A stretch of DNA of 45,598 nt. Origin: Anaerolineae bacterium (GTDB taxonomy: Bacteria > Chloroflexota > Anaerolineae > Aggregatilineales > Phototrophicaceae). This document shows positions 8,970 to 19,494 of this stretch, in pieces (positions within the stretch are counted from its first letter, which is position 1; each line of letters begins with the position of its first letter). The stretch lies in contig DAOTYT010000072.1 in the NCBI GenBank assembly GCA_034434615.1, positions 1 to 45,598 on the forward strand, written 5' to 3'. Position numbers and translations under genes: made by a program. The notes under the pieces are model-generated. The model saw only the letters and a program-made list of their open reading frames with translations. It had not been told where the DNA came from and did not search any database.

Positions 8970-10516
8970 ACGCTCGAACCTTGTGGCGGCATTGGCGGCC
9001 GGTGCTGGCTTTGATCGCGTTGGTGCTGCTGCTGGCTCTGCCGGTAGTGACTTATCCGCTGGGGCGCGATCAGGGCGAATTTGCCGTCCTCGGCCGGGGT
9101 CTGTTAAATGGGCGCGTCCCGTATATTGACCTATGGAATCCAAAGCCCCCAGCGGTTTTTTACGTTTACGCTGCGGCGATGGCGCTGTTCGGGCAGACGG
9201 TAAGCGCGCTGCGCCTGATCGATCTGCTGATCGCGCCGCCGATCGCGCTGGCGCTGGCTTGGTTGGGGCGGCGCTGGGGCGGGGCGCGCGTTGGGTTATG
9301 GGCGGCGCTGCTCTTCGCGGTGTTTTACTTTACCGAGACCTTTTGGACGCTGACGCAAAACGACGGCATCGCCCTGCTGCCGATGACGCTGGCCGTCGTG
9401 TGCGCGGTCAAGGCAGCCGAAGGAAAGCAGCGCGCGGCAGCTTGGGCGCTCGGCGCCGGGCTGCTGGCCGGCTGGGCCTTCTGGTTCAAATACCCGTTTG
9501 TGCTGTTCGCTGCTGCCTTGCCGCTGATGGCGGGGCTGCTCGCTGCTCCTGAAGTGCGGCGCGGGCTGCCTGGCGCTGCTGTCGTGTATGCGGCTGGCTT
9601 CTCTCTCGTGCTCCTCGCTGGTACCGGCGTGCTGGTGAGCCTGGGCGCGTGGGAGGCGCTGATCGAAAGCGCCCGCGTCACTTCTGCCTACACTGCTCGC
9701 GGCTTCGCGCCTGCCGAGTTCAGCGCTGCCATGTCGGTCGCGCTTGGCTACCGCTGGTCGCACTGGGGGCTGCTGTTTCTGCTGGCTGCGGCGGGCCTTG
9801 CGATCAGCCTGCGCCGGCGCGAACGCGCGGCTTACGCTGCGCTCGCATGGCTGAATGCCGGGCTGCTGATCATGTTGGCACAAGCCAAAGGCTATGACTA
9901 TCACTGGCTGCCGATGCTGCCGCCGCTGGCGCTGTTCGGCGCGCGCGCCGTCGATGCGGGGCTGGTCGCGCTCGCGCGGCGGTTATCGGTCCGTTTTGCT
10001 CGCCTTGCTGGCTGGCTGGCCGCGGGCGCGCTGCTGCTGGCGCTCGCCGGCTCGACGTGGGGGCGGGCGCTGCCCTACGTAACCGGCGCGCAGCCGCTCT
10101 ACGACTATTATCGCGGGTTTCAGGCTGGCGAGTTCATCGCCGAGGAGTCTCAGCAGGTGGCCGATTTCCTGCGGGCGCGCGTTGTGCCGGGGGACTCGTT
10201 GTTCATCTGGGGGTTCCGGCCAGAGGTGTATTTCCTCAGCCAGTTGAACCCGGCAACGCGTTTTATTTTTCATTTTCCGCTGGTGGCAGAGTGGTACCCG
10301 CCCGAATGGCGCGAGGAAAATGTCGAGATCCTGTGGGCCGCGCTGCCCCCGTACACACTGGTGCTTCAGGTCGATTACCTGCCGTGGGTGACCGGCAGCG
10401 ACGAAGACTCCAACACGCTGCTGCAAGCCTATGCTGGCTTAAATGATTGGCTCATCTATAATTATGAGCGCGAGGGGCAGATCGGAAACTTCTTCTTATG
10501 GCGACGAAAATCTTGA
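8960..10516 (+). CDS. GT-C fold glycosyltransferase (ArnT/PMT_2, 'GT39-like')
   Basis: Multi-TM protein; first-loop GRDQGEF...GRVPYIDLWNPKPP motif; soluble C-terminal domain. Confidence 0.85.
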   Translation: MAVNARTLWRHWRPVLALIALVLLLALPVVTYPLGRDQGEFAVLGRGLLNGRVPYIDLWNPKPPAVFYVYAAAMALFGQTVSALRLIDLLIAPPIALALAWLGRRWGGARVGLWAALLFAVFYFTETFWTLTQNDGIALLPMTLAVVCAVKAAEGKQRAAAWALGAGLLAGWAFWFKYPFVLFAAALPLMAGLLAAPEVRRGLPGAAVVYAAGFSLVLLAGTGVLVSLGAWEALIESARVTSAYTARGFAPAEFSAAMSVALGYRWSHWGLLFLLAAAGLAISLRRRERAAYAALAWLNAGLLIMLAQAKGYDYHWLPMLPPLALFGARAVDAGLVALARRLSVRFARLAGWLAAGALLLALAGSTWGRALPYVTGAQPLYDYYRGFQAGEFIAEESQQVADFLRARVVPGDSLFIWGFRPEVYFLSQLNPATRFIFHFPLVAEWYPPEWREENVEILWAALPPYTLVLQVDYLPWVTGSDEDSNTLLQAYAGLNDWLIYNYEREGQIGNFFLWRRKS

Positions 10517-10923
10517 CGAACGTCAAAATCCGCGAAGCGCGCGAGGAAGATATCCCGGCCATGGTGAGCTTGATCGCGCCCTATGTTGAGCAGGGCACAG
10601 TGCTGGGGCGCACGCTTGATGAGTTCGACGAGCTGCTGCCATCGTTTTTTGTGGCGGAGCTTGATGGCCGGGTGGTCGGCTGTGTGGTGTTGGAGATCTA
10701 TTCGTCCAAACTGGCCGAGATCCGCAGCCTCGCGGTCGCCGATGATCTGCGCGGCGCCGGCGTTGGTCGCATGTTGGTCAACGCGTGTCTCGAGCGGGCG
10801 CGCGAGCGCAAGATCCTCGAAGTCATGGCGATTACATCGTCCGACGAGTTCTTCATCAAGTGTGGATTCGATTATACGCTGCCCGGGGCTAAACGCGCGC
10901 TCTTCATTCAAACGCGCGAGTAG
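10498..10923 (+). CDS. GNAT N-acetyltransferase, short ArgA-like (amino-acid N-acetyltransferase)
   Basis: AEIRSLAV...RGAGVGRMLV acetyl-CoA motif and FFIKCGF motif. Confidence 0.85.
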   Translation: MATKILTNVKIREAREEDIPAMVSLIAPYVEQGTVLGRTLDEFDELLPSFFVAELDGRVVGCVVLEIYSSKLAEIRSLAVADDLRGAGVGRMLVNACLERARERKILEVMAITSSDEFFIKCGFDYTLPGAKRALFIQTRE

Positions 10924-10977
10924 GCCGCGGCGCGTCGGCTGTCAATAGTTTTTGTCAAATCAAAAAGGACTTTGAAG

Positions 10978-12163
10978 ATGGATTTTGCGATTCCCCCGCA
11001 TGTCGAGGCGCTGGCCAGCCGTGTGCGCGCATTTATCGATGAGGAAGTCATCCCGCTGGAACCCCGCGCTGGCGAGACCCCAGACGGCCTGCCCGCCGAT
11101 GTGCTGCGCGAGCTGCGCGCCAAAGCGAAATCGGCCGGCTTGTGGGCGCCGCAGCTTCCCAAAGACCTTGGCGGGTTGGGGTTGTCGCTCAGCGAGATCA
11201 TTCCAGTCTTCGAGGCGGCTGGGCGCAGCCCTTTGGGGCCGCTGGCGCTCAACTGCGCCGCGCCTGATGAAGGCAACATGCACTTGCTGCATCTGTATGC
11301 CGATGAGGAGCAGCGCCACCGCTTCTTAAAGCCGCTGGCCGCCGGCGAAGTGCGCTCTGCCTTCGCCATGACCGAACCCGCTCCCGGCGCTGGCAGCGAC
11401 CCGACCATGCTGCTCACCCGCGCCGAACGAGATGGCCGCGAGTGGGTGATCAACGGCCACAAGTGGTATGTCTCCGGCGCGGATGGGGCGGACTTTTTTC
11501 TGATCATGGCGCGCACCGATCCGCATGTGCCGGTCTACAACGGCGCAACCCTCTTCATCGCCCCGGCTGAAACGCCCGGCATCGAGATTGTACGGCGCGT
11601 CCCATCGATGGGGCTGAACGATCTCGGCGGCCACTGCGAGATGCGCTTCCATAACCTGCGCCTGCCTGAGGAAGCGATCCTCGGGCGCGAAGGCGAGGGT
11701 TTCGCGCTGACGCAGGCGCGGCTTGGCCCCGCGCGCCTGACGCACTGCATGCGCTGGACGGGCATCGCCCAGCGCGCGCTGGAGATCGCCACGGCTTACG
11801 CCGCCGAGCGCCGAGCCTTTGATAAGCTGCTCACCGAGCACCAGTCGATCCAATGGATGCTGGCCGACTCCGCAACCGAGCTGCACGCTGGCCGCTTGAT
11901 GATGCACCACGCAGCTTGGCTGCTCGACCGGGGTGAGCGGGCGCGCAGCGAGACTTCGATGTGTAAGGTCTTCATCGCCGAGACGGTCTGCCGCGTGCTC
12001 GACCGCGCGATCCAGATGTGCGGGGCGCGCGGCATCTCGCGCGACCTGCCGTTGAGCGGTTGGTACGAAGCTGCCCGCGCTTTCCGTATCTACGATGGCC
12101 CGTCCGAGGTGCATCGCATGGTCATCGCGCGCGGGGTGATCAAGCAATACGGCGCTGCTTCGA

Positions 12164-12171
<8 letters not shown>
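10978..12171 (+). CDS. Acyl-CoA dehydrogenase (ACAD10/11-like bacterial type)
   Basis: [16 protein letters not shown]...[23 protein letters not shown] and [10 protein letters not shown] motifs. Confidence 0.93.
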
Positions 12172-13753
<1,582 letters not shown>

Positions 13754-13898
13754 TGTTCCATGGATTAACCGACCAATCGGCGCATGAGTTTAGCACCACT
13801 GCGCCCTTTAGAAAATTGGCAAATTGCGCCGGTAAGCGATACGGTCACGCGCTTCGTCGGTCGCCAAAACGGGTGACGGTGACCTGCCGTCTCTGCCT

Positions 13899-14729
13899 TC
13901 ACGGTCGTTCTCCTGCGCGCAGCCGCGCCTCGATCGCGTCGAGGACGGCTGGCAGCTCGGCGACACTGCGGATGACAGCATGCGCACCCGCTTCATACAG
14001 CATCGCCTCGATCGGCGCGAGCTGCTCGGCCAGCGCTGCCGGGTCGAGCGCTTCCGCCTCGGCCCCTGTCAAGCCGAGCGCATTACCGGTCTGCGAGACG
14101 GCGACCGCCCATGCTCCAGCGTTCAGAGCCTCGTCGATATCGGGAATCGTGTCGCCGACTTTGACGACCGCCGCGAAGGGATAGACGCGCAGGTCGATCG
14201 CGTTCTGATACAACATCCACGGCGCGGGCCGCCCCGCGGGCACATCGCTGGGGCAAACGGTCGCGTCAGGGACATAGCCGCGGGCGGCGGCTGCCGGCAG
14301 CAAAGCAGCCATCACATCGCGGCTGTAACCGGTCGTCGCGCCGATCTGGAGACCGCGTTCGCGGCAGTGGCGGACGGTCTTTAGCGCGCCTGGGATCAGG
14401 TCGGCGTACTCGACGACGGTCGCCGCTTGCGTGGTCACAGAGTCGCGGTAAAGCGCGTCGATGTCTGCCTCCGTCCACGGCACGCCATGGACGGCGAGCC
14501 ATGCGGCCGAAACTTCTGGCATCTGCGCGATGGCGCGGATGTGATCGCGCTTCTCCAGGCCCATCGGCGCGCGCGCCTGCCCGATGCTCAGCTCGATGCC
14601 GCGCCGCCGGAAGATTTCGACGAAGACGACGACCGGGGCAAAACAGCCATAGTCGACCATCGTGCCCGCCCAGTCAAAGATGACGGCGCGCAGCGGCCCG
14701 CCGTAAGATCGCCTTTGCATAAGGGTCAT
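13899..14729 (-). CDS. phnX: Phosphonoacetaldehyde hydrolase (phosphonatase, HAD family)
   Basis: FDWAGTMVDYGCFAP, PMGLEKRDHIR (Schiff-base Lys), GRPAPWM, KVGDTIPDIDE. Confidence 0.93.
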   Translation of the reverse strand: MTLMQRRSYGGPLRAVIFDWAGTMVDYGCFAPVVVFVEIFRRRGIELSIGQARAPMGLEKRDHIRAIAQMPEVSAAWLAVHGVPWTEADIDALYRDSVTTQAATVVEYADLIPGALKTVRHCRERGLQIGATTGYSRDVMAALLPAAAARGYVPDATVCPSDVPAGRPAPWMLYQNAIDLRVYPFAAVVKVGDTIPDIDEALNAGAWAVAVSQTGNALGLTGAEAEALDPAALAEQLAPIEAMLYEAGAHAVIRSVAELPAVLDAIEARLRAGERP

Positions 14730-15039
14730 GGAATTTGTTCCCTTCTTATCTCAGTGATAAGTGGCGCGCAGGCCGAAGGCGCTGTTTTTTGACAAAGCTG
14801 ATGTTACCGCGAAAGAGGCTGAAAGTTTTGCCGCTGATCACGCAGTGTTTCTCCAGTCACGAGACAGCTATCTGACTACAGCGTACCATCGACAAAGCGC
14901 CGCGCTGCGACCAGAATGAAGTCTTAGACCGATCTTAAACGTCGGCCAGTCGCACCTTGCGTGGCTGCAAGGCGGCGGTTAGTATTGGCTGCGGCGGCGC
15001 TCGATGAGCGGTGCCATGAAAAGTTGTTGAGGAAAGTGC

Positions 15040-16320
15040 ATGACCCATCCGTTTGACGAGTTCGAACCAGTCCCCGATCATTTGGCTGATACCGGGCAGG
15101 TACAAACGCTGCGCGACCCCGTGCCCGCATGGCGGCGGACGGTTGGACTGCTCAGTTTGCTGGGGGCAGTCGCGCTCACTATCGCCACCATCGTTTTGCT
15201 CGTCCTGCCAGCCGACCCCGCTCCCGTTGTGCCGCCGGAAAGCCCCGTAGATGGCGCTGTGAACCAACCAGCTGAGGATGCCGTCATCCTCGACCAGCCG
15301 TCTATCGCACAGGAAAACCCCGAGACGGTGAGGCCGCCTGCGCAGTTCACCCTCTTGCCGACGCTCGACCCCGAGACGATGGCGGCGCTGCTGGCGACGC
15401 CGGTCGCGCCGGCGGAGGCAATGGAGGGCATCAGCATTGTGCGCAATATCTACAACCCCTTTACGATCGTGCCTGACCGGCCGCGCAGTGAGGTGATCGA
15501 GTATGAGGTGCAGGCGGGCGACACGATCTTCACCATTGCCGAGCGATTTGGTTTAAAGCCAGAGACGATCGCGTGGTCAAACGACCGCAGCATCATCGGC
15601 GGTTTGCGTCCTGGGCGCATCCTCAACATTCTGCCCGTTGATGGCGCCTACTGGACGGTGCCAGCGCAGCAGAGTATTGCGCAGATCGCGCGCCAGTTCA
15701 ACGTCGATCCTTACGTGATCATCGACTCGGAATTTAACGCGTTGTTCGGCAGCACGCCGGAGACAGTGCTGCCGAGCGGAACCCGCGTCATCGTGCCCGG
15801 TGGCGAAGCGGAGCGGATCGCGTGGAACCCGGTTGTGCAGCGCCAAGAGAGCAGCTCCGGCGGTGGCGGCGGCACCCGCGCAACGGCCGGCCAGATCATC
15901 TTCGAGCCGGGCGACCCGGGAAGCTGCGGCTGGACGGATAACCCCGGCGGCAGCGGCGCATGGACGCGGCCGATGCGCGCAGGAACCTACCAGTGGTCGC
16001 GCGGCTTCACGTCGTGGCATACCGGCGTTGACCTCGCCGCGCCTGAAGGGACGCCCGTACTGGCTGCCAACGGCGGCACAGTCATTTTTGCCGGCTGGAA
16101 TTCTTACGGTTATGGCTATGCTGTCGTGCTGGCTCACGGTCCCTATACGACCGTCTATGCGCACCTCAGCTCGATCAATGTGGGCTGCCGACAGTATGTG
16201 CAGGCAGGCTCAGTGATCGGCGGCGTCGGCGCGACGGGGCAGGCGACCGGGCCGCACCTGCACTTCGAGATTCGCTACAACGACGTCCCACAGGATCCCA
16301 CGTTTACCATGCCATTCTAA
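15040..16320 (+). CDS. Membrane-anchored LysM + M23 peptidoglycan endopeptidase
   Basis: N-terminal TM; LysM YEVQAGDTIFTIAERFG plus a second LysM-like unit; M23 motifs HTGVD, YAHL, GPHLHFE. Confidence 0.92.
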   Translation: MTHPFDEFEPVPDHLADTGQVQTLRDPVPAWRRTVGLLSLLGAVALTIATIVLLVLPADPAPVVPPESPVDGAVNQPAEDAVILDQPSIAQENPETVRPPAQFTLLPTLDPETMAALLATPVAPAEAMEGISIVRNIYNPFTIVPDRPRSEVIEYEVQAGDTIFTIAERFGLKPETIAWSNDRSIIGGLRPGRILNILPVDGAYWTVPAQQSIAQIARQFNVDPYVIIDSEFNALFGSTPETVLPSGTRVIVPGGEAERIAWNPVVQRQESSSGGGGGTRATAGQIIFEPGDPGSCGWTDNPGGSGAWTRPMRAGTYQWSRGFTSWHTGVDLAAPEGTPVLAANGGTVIFAGWNSYGYGYAVVLAHGPYTTVYAHLSSINVGCRQYVQAGSVIGGVGATGQATGPHLHFEIRYNDVPQDPTFTMPF

Positions 16321-16344
16321 TCGGCCAAACGCTGCATTGTGATG

Positions 16345-16383
16345 GAGTGGGACGCCGGCTACGGCGTCCCACTCTATTTTATT
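16345..16383. terminator. Intrinsic terminator between convergent genes
   Basis: Perfect 13-bp stem GAGTGGGACGCCG-gcta-CGGCGTCCCACTC followed by TATTTTATT. Confidence 0.85.
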
Positions 16384-16390
16384 ACCTGTA

Positions 16391-16717
16391 CTACAGGGCC
16401 GTCTCATCGAGCAGCGGCAGCAGGTAGATGACCGGTTCTTCGTAAGGGTGTGCGCGGCGAATGGCAGTGACGACGTCGCGCGCGCGGGCGCGCTCGCAGA
16501 AAGTTTCGATGCGAATTTCGTCGATCTCGTTGATATGAGCTTTCGTGCCGACTGCAGGGTTGGCCGCTTCGCTTGGCTTGAACCGGCCGGTTCCCGGCGA
16601 GGTATAGGCGCAGTGCGTGTACTCGCCGATCACACCGCCGCCAGCTTCCGCGATCGCATCGAGGACTTGCTCGACATTTTCCGGCGGCACGTTGACGATG
16701 ATCAGGATGCGTTCCAT
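16391..16717 (-). CDS. YqfO-like / NIF3 PII-like-domain small protein
   Basis: AGGGVIGEYTHC, GTGRFKP...ANPAVG and AHPYEEPVI motifs. Confidence 0.88.
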   Translation of the reverse strand: MERILIIVNVPPENVEQVLDAIAEAGGGVIGEYTHCAYTSPGTGRFKPSEAANPAVGTKAHINEIDEIRIETFCERARARDVVTAIRRAHPYEEPVIYLLPLLDETAL

Positions 16718-16838
16718 CGTATTGATCTTCTCCTGTGCTGTAAAGTTCGTCGCAAAATTGTTACTATCAAAAGCAGCAGAGTAGGCTACACTACGCCACT
16801 ATCTTAACGTTTCCGTCTGCACACGTCAGGCAGCGTTC

Positions 16839-18059
16839 ATGCGGATTTACCGCTCCCAGTCCCGGCTCACTTTTCGACGCCAGCGGCGGCGATCGGGCTG
16901 CGCTTCGGTTCTGTTCCTGCTCAGCGTGATCGCCAGCACCGCGCTCATCACATGGGCATGGCTTGAAGGGCGCAGTGGCTTGCGCGAAGCGAGCGCGCCG
17001 CCCGGAGACCGCATGGCGGCAGCGCAGGCGGCATTTGATCGCGGCGACCTGAACACTGCGATCGCATTAGCGCGCGAGCTGCTGGTTGAACAGCCGCATT
17101 TTCCGCCTGCGGTGCGTCTGCTCGCGCGGGCATTGGTCTACCGCAGCTACAGTGACTATGATCGCGCTGTCGATCGCGACTCAGCGGTCGAGGTGACGAC
17201 GGAAGCCGTGCAGTACCAGCCCAGTAATGACGAACTGGTGGCCAGCCATGCCTTCGCGCTGGCCGCCGCGCGGCGGCCAGGCGCATCGGCCGATGCGGCA
17301 CGCCGCGTCCTTGAGGCCAAACCTGATCACGCGTTTGCCCGCACCGCGCTGGCGCTGGCCTATGGAACGGCTGGCAGCTACGAGCTGGCCTTGCGCGAGG
17401 CGATGCAGGCCGTGAACGCGGCGCGCGGGGCGGAGACGTTCGATGCAGTGCGGGCGCTGGCGATCGCCTATGGCGATCTGGGAAACTATGTCGAAGCCGC
17501 GCGCACGGCCGAACGCGCGATCGCGCTCAACCCGCGCATCCTCACGCTCTATTTTGAACGCGCCTTGTTCGCCCTGCAGCTTGGCGATGCCGACTCGGCG
17601 ACCGTCGCTTACTATCAGGTGTTGGTTTACGATCCTGATAACGTCAAAGCGCGTTTGCGCTTGTGCGAGCTTTCCAGTTTGCTGCGCGAACGAGACGCCG
17701 CCATCAGCTATTGTCAAGAAGTGATCAGGCGTGCCCCCGCTTATGCCGAGGGATGGTTCCGGCTGGGGCGCGAGTACTTTTTGCAAGGCGAGTTCGTCGT
17801 CGCCCAGCAGCACCTTAACCGGTGTGCCACCTTGCAGACCATGCAGAACGTGCCTGTGGCCGAACGCCGTTTCGAATGCTGGTATTTGCAAGGACAAGCA
17901 GCTCAGATTCTGGGAGACTGCGATGCGTTGGTCGCCACGTACAACGAGTTCCGCGCGATGGCACTGAGCGACCCACGCCTTGAGCAGACATGGACGTACC
18001 CGCCAGAGGGTCCGCCGGGCTGCTCCCCGCTCTCGCCGGCCGCTGAACCCGGCAGCTGA
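16839..18059 (+). CDS. Membrane-anchored tetratricopeptide-repeat protein
   Basis: Basic N-terminus plus a TM helix, then repeated TPR-like helices (AIALNP, VYDPDN, RRAPAYAEGWFRLG). Confidence 0.85.
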   Translation: MRIYRSQSRLTFRRQRRRSGCASVLFLLSVIASTALITWAWLEGRSGLREASAPPGDRMAAAQAAFDRGDLNTAIALARELLVEQPHFPPAVRLLARALVYRSYSDYDRAVDRDSAVEVTTEAVQYQPSNDELVASHAFALAAARRPGASADAARRVLEAKPDHAFARTALALAYGTAGSYELALREAMQAVNAARGAETFDAVRALAIAYGDLGNYVEAARTAERAIALNPRILTLYFERALFALQLGDADSATVAYYQVLVYDPDNVKARLRLCELSSLLRERDAAISYCQEVIRRAPAYAEGWFRLGREYFLQGEFVVAQQHLNRCATLQTMQNVPVAERRFECWYLQGQAAQILGDCDALVATYNEFRAMALSDPRLEQTWTYPPEGPPGCSPLSPAAEPGS

Positions 18060-18075
18060 GGTTGCAGGGAAAAAA

Positions 18076-18101
18076 GCAACCTTTTCCCAAGTCGCACCGT
18101 A
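18076..18101 (+). promoter_or_regulatory. ECF (SigW/SigE-type) promoter
   Basis: GCAAC-cttttcccaagtcgcac(17 nt)-CGTA: AAC -35 with a following T-tract and a CGTA -10. Confidence 0.6.
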
Positions 18102-18137
18102 TATAGAGGTGTAAGGTGGATTCGGGAGAGCAAGGTC

Positions 18138-19058
18138 ATGCAGGAAGAAAAAGAGAAGCGCAAGAATACGGTCACCGAATGGTCGTTTTCGTTTGAAGAA
18201 TTGGGCGATAGAGCCGCCGAGTTCTTCCGTTCGATCGGCATCAAAAGCGAGGAACACGTGCGCCACGAACAATTTTTTGCGCCGCTCGATGGCGCTCGTT
18301 CGGCGCGTGTGCGGCTCGATCTAAGCGTTGGGCAGACCACCATCACGCCGCTGACCAGCAGCGAAAACCTGTGCGAAGCGGATCTCACTTACGTCGGCGA
18401 GATCAAGTTTGAATACGTCGGCGAGGCCGAGAAGCAGCTCACGATCAGCAATACATCGGAGGGCGCCGATTGGTTCCGTTCCTTGTTCGGCTGGATCGGG
18501 AGCGGTCAAAAACTGCGTTGGGACATCGCGTTAAACGATGCGGTGCCGCTCGATCTCGATATTCATAATGGCGTCGGCAAGGGCGATTTTAATCTGGGAA
18601 CGCTCAACGTCGAGGCGCTGCACCTGCACGGTGGTGTTGGCGAAGTGACGGCGCTGCTGCCAGGCGGCGCATACAGCGCGCGCATCGATATTGGCGTGGG
18701 CAAGCACAACTTGTCGATCCCTGCAGGCGCGAACGTCAATTTGCGGATGAGCGCTGGCACCGGCGAAGTGAACCTGCGGATTGGCGAAGACGCAGCGGTT
18801 GAAGCGGATATCGACGGCGGGGTGGGGACGTGCAACGTTACGGTGCCGGTCGGTGCTGGCGTGCGCGTTGAGTTCAAGGCCGGCCTTGGCAATATCTCGC
18901 TGCCTTCCGAAATGCGCCGCATCTCTGGAGACAAGGGCGACTGGAACAAGAGCGGCGTTTGGGAATCGCCCAATTACGCGACGGCTGAGCGGCCGATCTC
19001 GATCGCTTTTAGCGGCGGGGTTGGCGAGTTGAAGGTGCGCTACGGCGGTCGCGCCTAA
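18138..19058 (+). CDS. Toast-rack / LiaG-LiaF-like (DUF2154/DUF4097) beta-repeat protein
   Basis: Repeated GVG/GTG/GLG beta-strand units (HNGVGK, HGGVGE, DIGVGK, SAGTGE, DGGVGT, KAGLGN, SGGVGE). Confidence 0.8.
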   Translation: MQEEKEKRKNTVTEWSFSFEELGDRAAEFFRSIGIKSEEHVRHEQFFAPLDGARSARVRLDLSVGQTTITPLTSSENLCEADLTYVGEIKFEYVGEAEKQLTISNTSEGADWFRSLFGWIGSGQKLRWDIALNDAVPLDLDIHNGVGKGDFNLGTLNVEALHLHGGVGEVTALLPGGAYSARIDIGVGKHNLSIPAGANVNLRMSAGTGEVNLRIGEDAAVEADIDGGVGTCNVTVPVGAGVRVEFKAGLGNISLPSEMRRISGDKGDWNKSGVWESPNYATAERPISIAFSGGVGELKVRYGGRA

Positions 19059-19076
19059 CGCAAACAAGCACGATCA

Positions 19077-19120
19077 CAGCAGCGGTGCGTTCGGTTGGGC
19101 TGGCGCACCGCTGTTGGTTT
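19077..19120. terminator. Stem-loop, probable terminator between convergent genes
   Basis: CAGCAGCGGTGCG...CGCACCGCTGTTG stem followed by GTTT. Confidence 0.6.
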
Positions 19121-19141
19121 CCCGCACAAACAGTTTCGCTT

Positions 19142-19426
19142 CTACTTCTGAGAGACGGGCGTGTCCTGCTCCCGCTTTGGCGAGTCGGCGGGAGCATCTG
19201 CGCTGTCGCTGTCGCCGCTGTCTTCCCAGCTGATGATCCAAATACAAGCGCCAGCGACGAGGATGCAGGCGACGATCAGCGCGATCCACTGGCCGGGCAG
19301 CAGGCCGATGCCGCGCGCCTCGTTAACCAACAGCAGGATCATGCCCAGCGACAGCACGATCCACGCGCTGACACGCGGATGACGCAGCGCCCAACGAACT
19401 GGCGGCAGTTGCCCCAACGTTTGCAT
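19142..19426 (-). CDS. Small hypothetical membrane protein (2 TM)
   Basis: GAGG RBS before ATG 19426, two hydrophobic helices and an acidic tail; TATACT -10 upstream. Confidence 0.75.
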   Translation of the reverse strand: MQTLGQLPPVRWALRHPRVSAWIVLSLGMILLLVNEARGIGLLPGQWIALIVACILVAGACIWIISWEDSGDSDSADAPADSPKREQDTPVSQK

Positions 19427-19494
19427 GCTTATCCTCAACCCCTTCGATACTGGGGTAAGTATAGCGAGGTTCGGCTGCGATAACCACGGTAAGA

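Noticed and set aside
14730..15039. Possible riboswitch (e.g. c-di-AMP/ydaO) upstream of the LysM-M23 gene
   Set aside because: Only short GC hairpins are present, and I could not find the conserved ydaO sequence blocks. An Rfam scan would settle it.
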